The notes below the pieces were generated by a model. It saw only the letters and a program-made list of their open reading frames with translations. It did not search any database and had not been told where the DNA came from. From positions 744,001 to 808,000 of the forward strand of contig NC_047063.1 in the NCBI RefSeq assembly GCF_902459465.1: a stretch of DNA of 64,000 bases, written 5' to 3'. Numbering within the stretch: the stretch's first letter is position 1; every line of letters starts with the position of its first letter. Shown piece after piece: positions 28,801 to 40,516 of the stretch. The translations under genes and the position numbers were made by a program. Source of the DNA: Asterias rubens. Its lineage: Eukaryota.

Positions 28801-31232
28801 AATATAATATTAAAGTCTTATATAGCGCACGTATCTACCAAACAAGGTACTCAAGGCGCTGAGTATAATACAAACTTTTAGAAAGATAGCTTATTGCAGT
28901 GATGAATTTTGAGACCCAATTAGTTAGCATCTTATAAGGGTTTACAAGGTGCTACAACGCATACAGCAGCCACAGCCAGGAACACCAGGGCGAACCCCTT
29001 CTCTTTTCGATAAGTGCACTGGGTTCTTTTACATGCGTTACCAGGGCTGTATGCTTCGTTTTTGAAAGGGCAAGGGCACCAAGGCATTTTCTCTTTGGCA
29101 AAGGGCACCCTATGAGGAAAATGTAAATTTCTACTGGAGCATTTCAAGGGCACCAAGGCAATGGCAAGGGGCAACGGAGGCAATCGCCTCCGTTGCCTCC
29201 GTGAAGTATCAGGCCTGCGTTACATAACACATGGTACCAACGGCTTGACTCCCATCGGATTGACGAATGCAATGGTTTTTAAGTGTCTTGCTTTTTAAAG
29301 GACACAAGAGTCACGGCTTGGAATTCGAATCCACACTCTGCTGTTCAGAAACACTAGAACTTGAATTCGGTGATCTAACTGCTCGGCCACAACACTTCCA
29401 ATTACAACATGGAATTACATGAAGGCCATGGACTCTGTTGCGACTGGTCTTGACCATGATTTCCCTTCTGAAGGTTACCATAGCCTTTAAGATTTTCCAA
29501 TGGAAGTGCCCTCTGCAAAATGGAAATGGCGTTGCACTCTCAAGATGAAAATATACAATTTAGTCACTAGTTTTGATATATGAATGCAACTCAACAGTTA
29601 TGGTCAGTCCAACTTACTTTTTAAATAGGCTAGCCACAATAACCACCAAATAACAAACCGAACAGATAAGCAGATAAAAATAAAAGAAAATGAAGATTAA
29701 GCGTTTATTTTACACCTACCTTGATTGTGACATTTCCCTTGGTAAGCTTTCTCATGTTGAATCCTACAGTTGGGATCATATCTTCGTTGAATTGACCGGA
29801 CTGAAATTCCAGAAAAACAAGAATGTTTCAATATTAATACAACATCAAAAATAAAAGAAATTAGCATGTAATCTACAATCACAACTCATATTGCACCCTA
29901 AGACTTTATATTTACCCGCCCATATGTTGATTTTGTTACAATGACAATGATTACAAGTTTCATGGTGGTTCAGTTTCAATGGGACTGGAGGATTTAGGAT
30001 GGTTAAGGTTATGCTACATATGAGCTTAACATAATTGCAATGATTGGAGCCGTCTATTTAGTGCCATATATTCAAAACTCCCTCTGATTCTGCGCTCTTA
30101 TTTTCGTAGTTTATATTAATTAAATCCGAATCAATATCTTACTTCCTCAAAATTTTAGGTAATTTACTCGTCGTATATTATAATATTAATAAGTTAAAAG
30201 ATTGTGGTGAAAATCTGCACCTTTTTTTAATAATATTCTAGGCCTATGAATGTATGGTGCAGTGCAAATTGATTTGAAGACTAAGATTAGAAAATTGCCC
30301 TGATTGTTAGCATGCAGTGCCGCAGTGGACCCCGGGATCCTGCATTGCAAAGAGATGTCAATTTATGATTCCCAACCAATGCCAGCAGTAGAGCAATCGA
30401 CAGCAAGGGAAGTACCAACTGTACTTTAGAATTCCATCGATATTAGTTTCATTAAAAAAAAAAATGCAGATTGAAATATTTCAGCATGATCGGACATAGG
30501 ACTGCATTGTTTCTCGGCCTAGAGCCAAGGATAAGAAGTGGATCGACTTTCAATGGGAGACTTTCTGGGACTATAGAGGGCAGCAGACTTACCGGGTAAA
30601 TCCATTGTTCTCAGAATTATGCGCATGTTCAGAACTACGTAAACAATGGAAATTTACCGGGTATGTCTGCTGCCACCTAGTGTTGGAAAGTCTCCTATTA
30701 TTCATGAGAATATTTCAGACACTTGCAAAACTCAACAAGTAAAATGTCCAAAATGTGTTGCTTCTCTCCTCGATATGATGTGATAAATATCTAAGATTGA
30801 TTAAATTATCAACTTAGTTTAACTAGCTCCTCTAAGCCTACACTTAAAGTCCCTTTTTAAAGGCTAGAGAGTAAATAAAATTATACACGATCAGTATGAA
30901 AATATGAAAATGTGAACATGGTGAAATTGAAAATGTAAATTATCACACTTCTCAATAAGGCCTACTTAAAATTGCAGAACAGTGATTGTTCAGTATAATT
31001 TTCAAGTGCTTATTTGTAAAGTTCTCATTTCTTAAGCTATATGTTGTAAGTAATTAACAAACACAATAAACATGACATGTTGAGGGTTGCAACATAACTA
31101 ATGACTCACCGATATCACATTAACGAACGTTGTCTTGCCTGAGTATTGCAGCCCAACTAACGTCAGTTCCATCTCTTCCTTCCAAAACAGGCTTTTCAGC
31201 CAGTCCAAAAATCGGTTTATTGCCGCTATCAT
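25801..31232 (-). CDS. ARL8: ADP-ribosylation factor-like GTPase 8 (Arl8), 187 aa, 6 coding exons
   Basis: Exons 31232-31110, 29800-29720, 28513-28440, 28088-27995, 27206-27068, 25853-25801 (564 nt, all GT-AG). They translate to [148 protein letters not shown], which closely matches vertebrate ARL8A/B as I recall them. Confidence 0.97.
28797..29396 (-). mobile_element. tRNA-derived SINE with L2-like 3' tail (interrupted by the 29042-29217 insertion)
   Basis: On the minus strand: A-box-like tggccgagcagttag, B-box-like ggattcgaattcc, and a tail ..gcgctatataag..attattatta resembling the LINE tail at 13017-13080. Confidence 0.75.
29042..29217. mobile_element. Short CAGG-terminal TIR element nested in a SINE, 6-bp TSD
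   Basis: Ends cagggctg..caggcctg, duplication cgttac. Removing the insert restores a sequence matching the related uninterrupted segment at about 15905-15960. Confidence 0.7.
30553..30699. repeat. Palindromic MITE-like element in ARL8 intron 1
   Basis: Outer aatgggagactttc / gaaagtctcctatt, with an inner imperfect palindrome (ggcagcagacttaccgggtaaat..atttaccgggtatgtctgctgcc). Confidence 0.6.
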
Positions 31233-31897
31233 GTTTGTGTGCCTTTATTGACGACCGTGCATAAATTCTTTGGATTGAGCACCCGAAGAATAACTCACTA
31301 ATGTCTGGAAAATTTATGTAAACCGTGCTAAAGCTTAGATATTTGGCAGGACAAACGAGTACAATGTCAGGATTCCTGGCAACCTATGTGTACACACTCT
31401 AGCGTATTGGGTTGAACTTCCGTCATCTCATAAGGTCAGTGAACTTTGCCCTTTTCCTCGTGACTGGATGACGTCAGAGTTCATCACGGGGGATTCGCTC
31501 CCATCATACAAACGGGTTTCAACACTTTATTAAACCTAACTAAACATGAATGATATTCTAGTCTTTGATCCGTTACACTAAAATAGAAGAGTGAACACTA
31601 CCAGAGAGCAAAAATCACATGTTATTTCCTTACAAAAGATGTCATCATAACGGAAAATAGAAAAGTTGTACCGCCCTCTGTTGAATCAAAGCTCGATGAA
31701 GTACCCGACGACTTTTCTGAGCAAAGACATACCTTTCAAATTCACCCAAGGATTTCACATTATCACTTCAGACTAGGTTTACTTTGAATTAAATGCGTTC
31801 AATTTCGTTTTCTTATTCAGATTCTCGTTTCCATCACGTTGTTCTATTTTCTCTATCGGGCTTTCAATACTCCTATCGACCAGTTAATTACAAACGA
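31233..31897. promoter_or_regulatory. Candidate bidirectional promoter between ARL8 and the V array, with a possible plus-strand non-coding leader exon
   Basis: CpG-enriched relative to the flanks; ACTTCCG (ETS-like) at 31416-31422; TGACGTCA (CRE) at 31469-31476; donor-like ga|gtaagc at 31898. Motif-level evidence only. Confidence 0.4.
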
Positions 31898-33182
31898 GTA
31901 AGCAGCCGACAGTCGCTCCTTAATCTAACACTCAAATAATTACCACGCTTTTCCGTTTTGTTTTCAACAAATCATTACATCATTCTTTTTTGTCTTCTTT
32001 CTAGCAATATTGTTCCTCTTGCTGTGGTGTTACCCCGCGCGCATGAAAGTTAACCCGGTATCAAGTCAACACTATTTTACTCTGTATCTACAAAACGTTT
32101 TGCCATAAAACAAGGGCAAACAAATGATACAGGCTGTCAAAAATAAGATAACTATAATGCTGCAAGAAAACGCACAGTAAGGCGTAAAAAAAAAAAAACA
32201 TTCCACGACAAAACTGAACTTAATTCATCAGAGCCCGTTCTGAAAATATCCCAAACTCCTAATGAACTCCCCTTTTAAAGTGGATATATAAATAGCTTAA
32301 CGAAAAAAAAAGTACAGATATTTTAATGCTTCTATTTTATTTCTTATATTTATTATAATAAGTCGATGACTACGACGAGGCTATGCAATGGTTAATTAGT
32401 TTCCAACACACACATGTACACATTTTACTATAAGATTGGACCGTATTCTCGGTCTACTAGCTATGCCCACCCGATGCTATCCGGTAATTGTTTCTATGGA
32501 AACATTAAAAACAAAAAACACTGCACAATCAAACTGTCTGGTTTCTTATATAGCAACGTTTTTCAGTTTCTGCTAATATTAGAGTATCACTGTTGGTTTA
32601 TATCATTGTTGTAAGCACCTTGGAGTATGGAATTTTATGAAAGTGCAGTAAAGCCATGGACCGAAAACGGCCAGTTTCAGACAGCGGTGTTTGCGAAATG
32701 CGTAACCCCTCAACATTCAAAGTACATGCCTGAACTTTTCTTCCAGTTGGGTGAACGCACGCCCCACCCTGCCACTGGCTGAAAGGGCTGTATTTGTTGT
32801 TATTTTATGTCAGATTACTTCCGTCTAGTATCGTGCTCGACTGCAGAGAATACCTGGCTCTCTTCGCTAAAGTTTTTGGCCGCCATCCTTCACCAAAGTG
32901 TTGCCTACGGTTTCTGGGATCGAATCCCACCGATCACGTATTCCGATTCGGACTCAAGACTCTGAAATTGCGGAAACAAAACATTATCCCCAGCCAATGG
33001 CCAGTTCCACCTTGAATGTTTTAAGTAGAGCCTTGTACAATATTTAAAATTAAAAAGCTACTGCAAAAGTGTTCTTAAAAAAATTGAGAGATCTTTCTCC
33101 AGCCTTGCGTTCGTCATCCTGTGCCTGAAACTTTGTACAGCTTTGGAAGCAACAAAAGAGCAAAGGAAGCTTCTGGTACACT

Positions 33183-34349
33183 ATGGAGGCCCAGAGGAGC
33201 CATATGACCATCTTGTTGGCTGTATGTTTGATCCTGCTGGGATTATTAAGTAGTGTTGTATCAGCTGAATGGCAAGGAGATCTGTCATCTTATCACATTG
33301 CTTCATTCAGTAATCCTCATCCTCCTAGACCTCTCAATGATCCATCTGGTAACCACAATGCTAAATTCAATCATTTCACTCTATCTGGCCCTGATGGAGC
33401 TGTGTATGTTGGAGCTGTCAACTACTTATACAGAGTGGATAGTTCATTGAATCTGCTACAGAATGTTAGTACATGTCAAGAACTAGGAGAGGATAGATGT
33501 GATACATTCACCAACTACAATAAAATCCTGATATTAGATAATCAGAATCGGTTGATTACATGTGGAAGTGAAAATGGAGGAAAATGTCAGTTCAGGAATC
33601 CAGATGATTTGACTGATGTGTTGTTTCAACCATACCCTAATGTTGCTGGTTTTGAAGAGTTGTCTACTGTAAGTTTGATTGCACCAGGAACTGATGGACC
33701 AATGGGACCAGGTCCAGATGGAGGAGATTGGTTGTATGTAGCTGTGACTTACTCCAATGAGGAGGTTGGGTATCCAGAAATCCCACCAGTCAGCAGAAGA
33801 GTCCTTAGTGCAGACGCATTGTTGGTATCCCCAGCAGGCACAGGGTTTTCTTCATTTACTGTGTTTGATACTTCCAATCTGAAGAATCCAATCCACATTA
33901 CATATGTAACTGGTTTCTCATATGATGGATTCACATACTTCATCACATTTCAAGAAGAGGATTTTTATTCCAATATCTTTGTTTCTAAAATGAACAGAGT
34001 CTGCCAGACCAGTCCAACATTTGACTCTTACACAGAAATCACCCTACAATGCCAAGGATCAGATGGTAGTGTGTACAAAATGGTACAAGCTGCTCATATT
34101 GGCCCAGCAGGTCAGGATCTTGCTGTATCATTAGGTTTGAATGCTGAGGACATGGTGTTGTATGCTGTGTTTGCTAAGAATGAAGGAGCTGATGGGACTA
34201 GTGATGTACCTATTGATCAGTCAGCATTGTGTGTGTATAAGATGAGTGATATTTTAGATGCCTTCAAGGAAGCAGTCAGGGGATGTATTCAAGATGGAGA
34301 TGACTACTCAGTGCAGCACTTGGAAGGATCCATCTGTCCATCATTATCA
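33183..34349 (+). CDS. Variable exon V1 (signal peptide + Sema domain N-terminal part), intact
   Basis: ATG at 33183 (MEAQRSHMTILLAVCLILLGLLSSVVSA, hydrophobic signal peptide). 389 open codons with plexin/Met-type Sema motifs (VYVGAVNYLYR, NYNKILILD, LITCGS, SKMNRVCQTSPTFDSYTEITLQC, SALCVYKM). Phase-0 donor gtgagt at 34350. Confidence 0.9.
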
Positions 34350-36156
34350 GTGAGTATGAGTATAGTCACCTTTAACCACCCCGTATACTTCAAGCTTTCA
34401 AGTTATGTGCACGTTTATGATAAGGGACATAATATAAATACCATCAGGATAATGTTTTCAATTTGAAATCAAAACGTTGGATGCAATATATCTTAAAGTA
34501 TTGTTTTAACATTCCAACATTATCGTCAGTCCATGCGAAAGAGGCATTTAAGAACAATAAGTTAAAGCAAAAATAATCAGTTCAAAATTAATCTTGAAAT
34601 TATACATTTGCCTGTAAAGCAACAACAAATAAGTATCTTTAATAACCTTCTTCTTTTGGAAGAAGATCATGCAAGCACACAAGAAGTATAATACCGCCCT
34701 CCCGTGTATACATAAAGCATATTATCGCAAACAAGATTAATGTAAAGGTTTCTCTAACCTTCAAAACATTAGTGCATTTATGCATATTGCTCTGTTTGTA
34801 GGAGGAACTATTTGAAGCAAATTTCCATTTGTTTTTTTAATGAAAAACATTTAGTATACTTTGAAATGTAGAGACAAGCATTTTTGTGACGAACTGGCAC
34901 TGTCGCCCTTGCCCGTCACACATGCGTCCGTGAGACATGGACGCTACCTTTTGTACAGGCATTATGCCAATCGTTTACGTCACAACAACAGACTGAAACC
35001 ACGCCGTTTTTAATTTCAGTTTAAATGAACTGGCAAAAGAAAATTCTACATGTTGACGGGTGATTCTTTCTTTTGAAAGCTAATTTATTTCCCTTTTACT
35101 CGAGATAAAAAAAGCAACTTAACATTTAAATTAAATTTCGATTTTAAAAATGGCCGAACTTCGAAACTTAATTTGCAAAACAAATTGTTTTTATCTATTT
35201 CCTTTTATCTGCTCGAACTCGTGAGGGCGGCGAGGTTGAGCGGCGACTTCTCTGCATTTAAACTCTGCATGGTGTTAATACAAAATGTGGTTTTCGAGGT
35301 GAGATGGGGGATGGTGAGAATGTTTCACAAGTTTTCTCGAAGAATATATATTAGAACTCCATGTCCCATCTGACATTAAGCGTTAGAGTAAGTTTACATT
35401 TAAAAGAAAAAAATAGTAAAAGGAAACAAAATGGCGCTCAACAGCGCACCTCAACTATCATTTTGGGTTTACATTAAATTTTGTTTACTGCTAAACCACG
35501 ACATAAAACCGTGGTTTATTTTATATAGGCCTACATGAAACTTCGTAATTTCCTACAAGGAAGTATTTGTTTAAAACATGGAAAGATGGAGGCAAAGTTG
35601 TGTCTATTGGAATATCGACAGGGAACAAAGTTTACAGAAACTGTTCCATTCTTATGACAGGGGTGTTGTAGATCAAAAAGTGGATAGTATTATTGAAAAT
35701 GTATCAAAAGTTAAAACCATTTAAACGTTTCATGTTCTACGTTAACAATCAGTAATTGAGGAAGTACACAATATGGTTTACCGTGTCCCATAAGAGACAC
35801 TTAATGCCCAATAAAGAACTTCCAGAAAAGTTCCAGTGTGCGGCGTGTTGTGCGTTTTTGATAATTTATTATTCAGTTTTGTAATGCACATAAACATTAT
35901 ATGCTTGAACGCATGTTACAACAACGTACTTGAACAATAATTGCTCGGGTCGTCAACCTTTTCTGTCATTCTGGTACAACATACAACCTGATCGCAGACG
36001 AAAGACAAGTTGCAGGCCGCTCGCAAACGGAAGGTGAAGGTTTTAAAGGTAAGAACTCCGTTTTGAAGCCTGAGCTGAGAGAGCTCATTATGACTCTAGT
36101 ATAATAAATTAGAAATCAATATAATTCTGGGGAAATAAAAGTGAATCTTGTGTTAA

Positions 36157-36545
36157 AGGCAAAGGACACTATTGGTAATTACTCAAAATAATCATAAAAC
36201 CTTTCTTGATAACGAGTAAATGGGGAGAAGTTGATAGTATACAACATTGTGACAAACAGCTCCCTCTGAAGTGACGTAGTTTTCGAGAAAGAAGTAATTT
36301 TACACGAATTTGATTTCGAGACCTCAGATTTATAGAACTTGAGGTATCTAAATCAAGCATCTGAAAGCCCACAACTTCGTGTGTGTGACAGGGGTGTTTT
36401 TTTTTCTTTCAGTAATATCTCGCAACTTCGACGACCGATTGAGCTGAAATTTCCCTCTTCTGGTCACTCAAAGTCCCTCGGGGGAATAGACGTACACTAG
36501 TTACCTCATTGCCAGTCAATATGTGTATAATAGTGTACAGTGTCT
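36157..36545 (+). mobile_element. Kolobok-like MITE upstream of V2
   Basis: TTAA on both flanks; the homologous site upstream of V4 (about 42315-42325) is empty. Confidence 0.85.
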
Positions 36546-36899
36546 TTAAAGGCAATAGATCGGGCTTTAAAGTAATATGTAACCCTCCTTACAAACCACA
36601 TGTTGTCTAATTATAATAACTATGGGGAAAGAAACTCAACTTTATCCTAAATAAGACAAGACGAATAAGCAGCTTTTTAGTTTTAGTTTCTGGCGTTTGC
36701 TTGTGTGTTTTGGGGCAATGTAATAACTTATATAACACCGTTGTGTGTTTTTTTCAGAAACTTGCGAGATATATCATGAGACAAAGCTGATGGCTGGTGT
36801 TACTGCGTTCACCCATGTTTGTACACTCACTGTGATTGAGTCTTCAGTCGTTTAAGTTTGTATCTCTGGCAGAAAGACACAAAGCGTACATTTAGTACT

Positions 36900-38072
36900 A
36901 TGGAGGCCCAGAGGAGCCACGTAACCATCTTGTTGGCCGTATGTTTGATCCTGCTGGGATTATTCTTAAGTAGCGTTGTATCAGCTGAATGGCAAGGAGC
37001 TGTGTCATCTTATCACATTGCTTCATTCAGTAATCCTCATCCTCCTAGACCTCTCAATGATCCATCAGGTAACCACAATGCTAAATTCAATCATTTCACT
37101 CTGTCTGGCCCTGATGGAGCTGTGTATGTTGGAGCTGTCAACTACTTATACAGACTGGATATGTCATTGAATCTACTACAGAATGTTAGTACATGTCAAG
37201 AACTAGGAGAGGATAAATGTGATATATTCACCAACTACAATAAAATCCTGATATTAGATAATCAATATCGGTTGATTACATGTGGAAGTGAGAATGGAGG
37301 AAAGTGTCAGTTCAGGAATCTAGATGATTTGACTGATGTGTTGTTTCAACCAGGGTCTAATATTGCTGGTTTTGGAGAGTTGTCTACTGTGAGTTTGATT
37401 GCACCAGGAACTGATGGACCAATGGGAGATGGTCCAGATGGAGGAGATTGGTTGTATGTAGCTGTGACTTATGCTACTGAAGAGGTTGGGTATACAGAAA
37501 TCCCGCCGGTCAGCAGAATAATCCTTAGTACAGATGGGTTGTTGATATCTCCATCGGGCACAGGGTATTCTTCATCTACTGCATTTGATGTTTCCTATAC
37601 TCGTGATCCATTCCAAATAACGTATGTCGTCGGTTTCTCATATGATGGATTCACATACTTCGTCACATTTCAAAAAGAGGATCTTGGTTCCAATGTCTTT
37701 GTTTCTAAAATGAACAGAGTCTGTCAGACCAGTCCAACATTTGACTCTTACACAGAAATCACCCTACAATGCCAAGGATCAGATGGTAGTGTGTACAGTT
37801 TGGTACAAACTGCTCATATTGGCCCAGCAGGTCAGGATCTTGCTGTATCATTAGGTTTGAATGCTGAGGACATGGTGTTGTATGCTGTGTTTGCTAAGAA
37901 TGAAGGAGCTGATGGGACTAGTGATGTACCTATTGATCAGTCGGCATTGTGTGTGTATAAGATGAGTGATATTTTAGATGCCTTCAAGGAAGCAGTCAGG
38001 GGATGTATTCAAGATGGAGATGGTCACGCAGTGCAGTACTTTCAAGGATCCTTCTGTCCATCCTTCCCGATG
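36900..38072 (+). CDS. Variable exon V2 (signal peptide + Sema), intact
   Basis: ATG at 36900, 391 open codons, same framework as V1, phase-0 donor gtgagt at 38073. Confidence 0.9.
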
Positions 38073-39355
38073 GTGAGTTTTCGTTTGCTGGTTACTTTCA
38101 ACCAGTTTAAACCCCATATTATGCAATGCTGTGTATGAATATGATCATTAATAATAGATGCCATCAGGGATTACAATGTTTTCAACTTGAAAACCGATAC
38201 TTTAAGTCATGTTTAATTAAAGTATGGGACAAGTTATGTTATATTAACGCCGTTATAATCGTCAGTCCAGAAAGAGGAATATAGGATCTTAAGTAAATAG
38301 GTTTTTGACGAATGATCAGCTTTAATTAAGGTAAATAAAATACATTTCCCTGTAAAGCAACACCTAACTGTTCAATGTACTGTTTTAAGTTTCCTTATAA
38401 GAACAGTCTTCTTTGAAAGATGATGCGATCACAAAAACAGCATACCACCCTCTCATGTAAAGCATGTGATTATTGCAAACGAAATCAATGTTAAAGTATC
38501 TACGACTAGGAGGAAAAATAAAAATGCTCTGACCGTCAAATAATACTTCTTGCATGCATATTGCTACGTTTTAGGGGAAAACATTGAAAGCACACGTCCA
38601 TTCTGTTGTCAGTGATAAAAATTGATTTATTGGTATATCTTAGCTGTAAAGACAAGCATTATAGTAATTTTGATTGAATAATAGACTCTGATTGTGAACG
38701 GGCACTGTCGCCCCACACCCTCCACACGCACGTGCACAAAGATCACGGTGTTTGCAAATTGCGTGACCCCTCCATATGCAATGTGCCAAAATGTAGTTGT
38801 CATCGAAAGTTTGTTCAAAATAAAATATATAATTGATGCCTGCACTCATGACTGACCTTTGCTTCCAGTTGGGTGAACAACATTGGGCCTACCTGTCATT
38901 GTGTGCATAGACTGTTTCTATTCCTTTCGTCATTTTTTCTTTTAGGCCTAGTACGCTATTTCCGTCTCGTATTATTGTTTCGACTGCCGAGTATTCTGGC
39001 TCTCTTTCGCTGAAGTTTTTAGGCCGAAATCATCAACAAAGTGTTGTTTACGGTTACTGTAGTAAGCCCGCCCGTCACGATTTCTGATTATGACTCAAAT
39101 AACTCTGGAATCGCGGAAACAACATTATCCCACCAAAAGCCAGTTTATTCACTTTAGTTTCTAGCAGACATTTCGTGAATGTTGTGCTTTTATTTGTGCT
39201 TGTTTTGTATAGTTTAAAATTAACAAAGCTACTGCAAAGGAGTTCTTAAAAAGTTTGAGAGATCTTTCTCCAGCCTTGCGTTAGTCACCATGTGCCTGAA
39301 ACTTTGTACATAGCTTTGGAAGAAACAGAAGAGAACAAGTAACTTATGTAACACT

Positions 39356-40516
39356 ATGGATGCCCAGAGGAGCCACGTAACCATCTTGTTGGCTGTATGT
39401 TTGATCCTGCTGGGATTATTAAGTTGTGTTGTATCAGCTGAATGGCAAGGAGATCTGTCATCTTATCACATTGCTTCATTCAGTAATCCTCATCCTCCTA
39501 GACCTCTCAATGATCCATCTGGTAACCACAATGCTAAATTCAATCATTTCACTCTATCTGGCCCTGATGGAGCTGCGTATGTTGGAGCTGTCAACTACTT
39601 ATACAGACTGGATAGTTCGTTGAATCTGCTACAGAATGTTAGTACATGTCAAGAACTAGGAGAGGGTAGATGTGATATATTCACCAACTACAATAAAATC
39701 CTGATATTAGATAATCAGAATCGGTTGATTACATGTGGAAGTGAGAATGAAGGAAAGTGTCAGTTCAGGAATCCAGATGATTTAACTGATGTGTTGTTTC
39801 AACCAGTGCCTAATGTTGCTGGTTTTGGAGAGTTGTCTACTGTGAGTTTGATTGCACCAGGAACTGATGGACCAATGGGAGATGGTCCAGTTGGAGGAGA
39901 CTGGTTGTATGTAGCTGTGACTTACTCCGATGAGGTTTGGTGTATCCCACCAGTCAGCAGAAGAATCCTTAGTACAGACGGATTGTTAATATCCCCAGCA
40001 CCATACCCAGGATCGTCTTCATCTGTTGCATTGGGGTTTTCTTATAATCGCAATCCATTCCCAATAACGTATGTAACTGGTTTCTCATATGATGGATTCA
40101 CATACTTCATCACTAATCAAATGGAGGATTTTGGTTCCAATGTCTTTGTTTCTAAAATAAACAGAGTCTGTCAGACCAGTCCAACATTTGACTCTTACAC
40201 AGAAATCACCCTACAATGCCAAGGATCAGATGGTAGTGTGTACAGTTTGGTACAAGCTGCTCATATTGGCCCAGCAGGTCAGGATCTTGCTGTATCATTA
40301 GGTTTGAATGCTGAAGACATGGTGTTGTATGCTGTGTTTGCTAAGAATGAAGGAGCTGATGGGACTAGTGATGTACCTATTGATCAGTCAGCATTGTGTG
40401 TGTATAAGATGAGTGATATATTAGATGCCTTCAAGGAAGCAGTCAGGGGATGTATTCAAGATGGAGATGACTACTCAGTGCAGTACTTGGAAGGATCCAT
40501 CTGTCCATCATTACCA
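39356..40516 (+). CDS. Variable exon V3 (signal peptide + Sema), intact
   Basis: ATG at 39356, 387 open codons, phase-0 donor gtgagt at 40517. Confidence 0.9.

Noticed and set aside
33253-33450. Recurrent 61-65 aa ORF MLYQLNGKEICHLITLL.. in every V copy
   Set aside because: Alternative-frame shadow of the Sema exon; it recurs only because the underlying DNA is duplicated.
34350-34466. Read-through of V exons into the intron giving secreted Sema-only proteins
   Set aside because: Extension lengths vary from 6 to 38 codons and are not conserved. About 110 residues completing the propeller are in constant exons, so folding is doubtful. Not excluded without 3'-end data.
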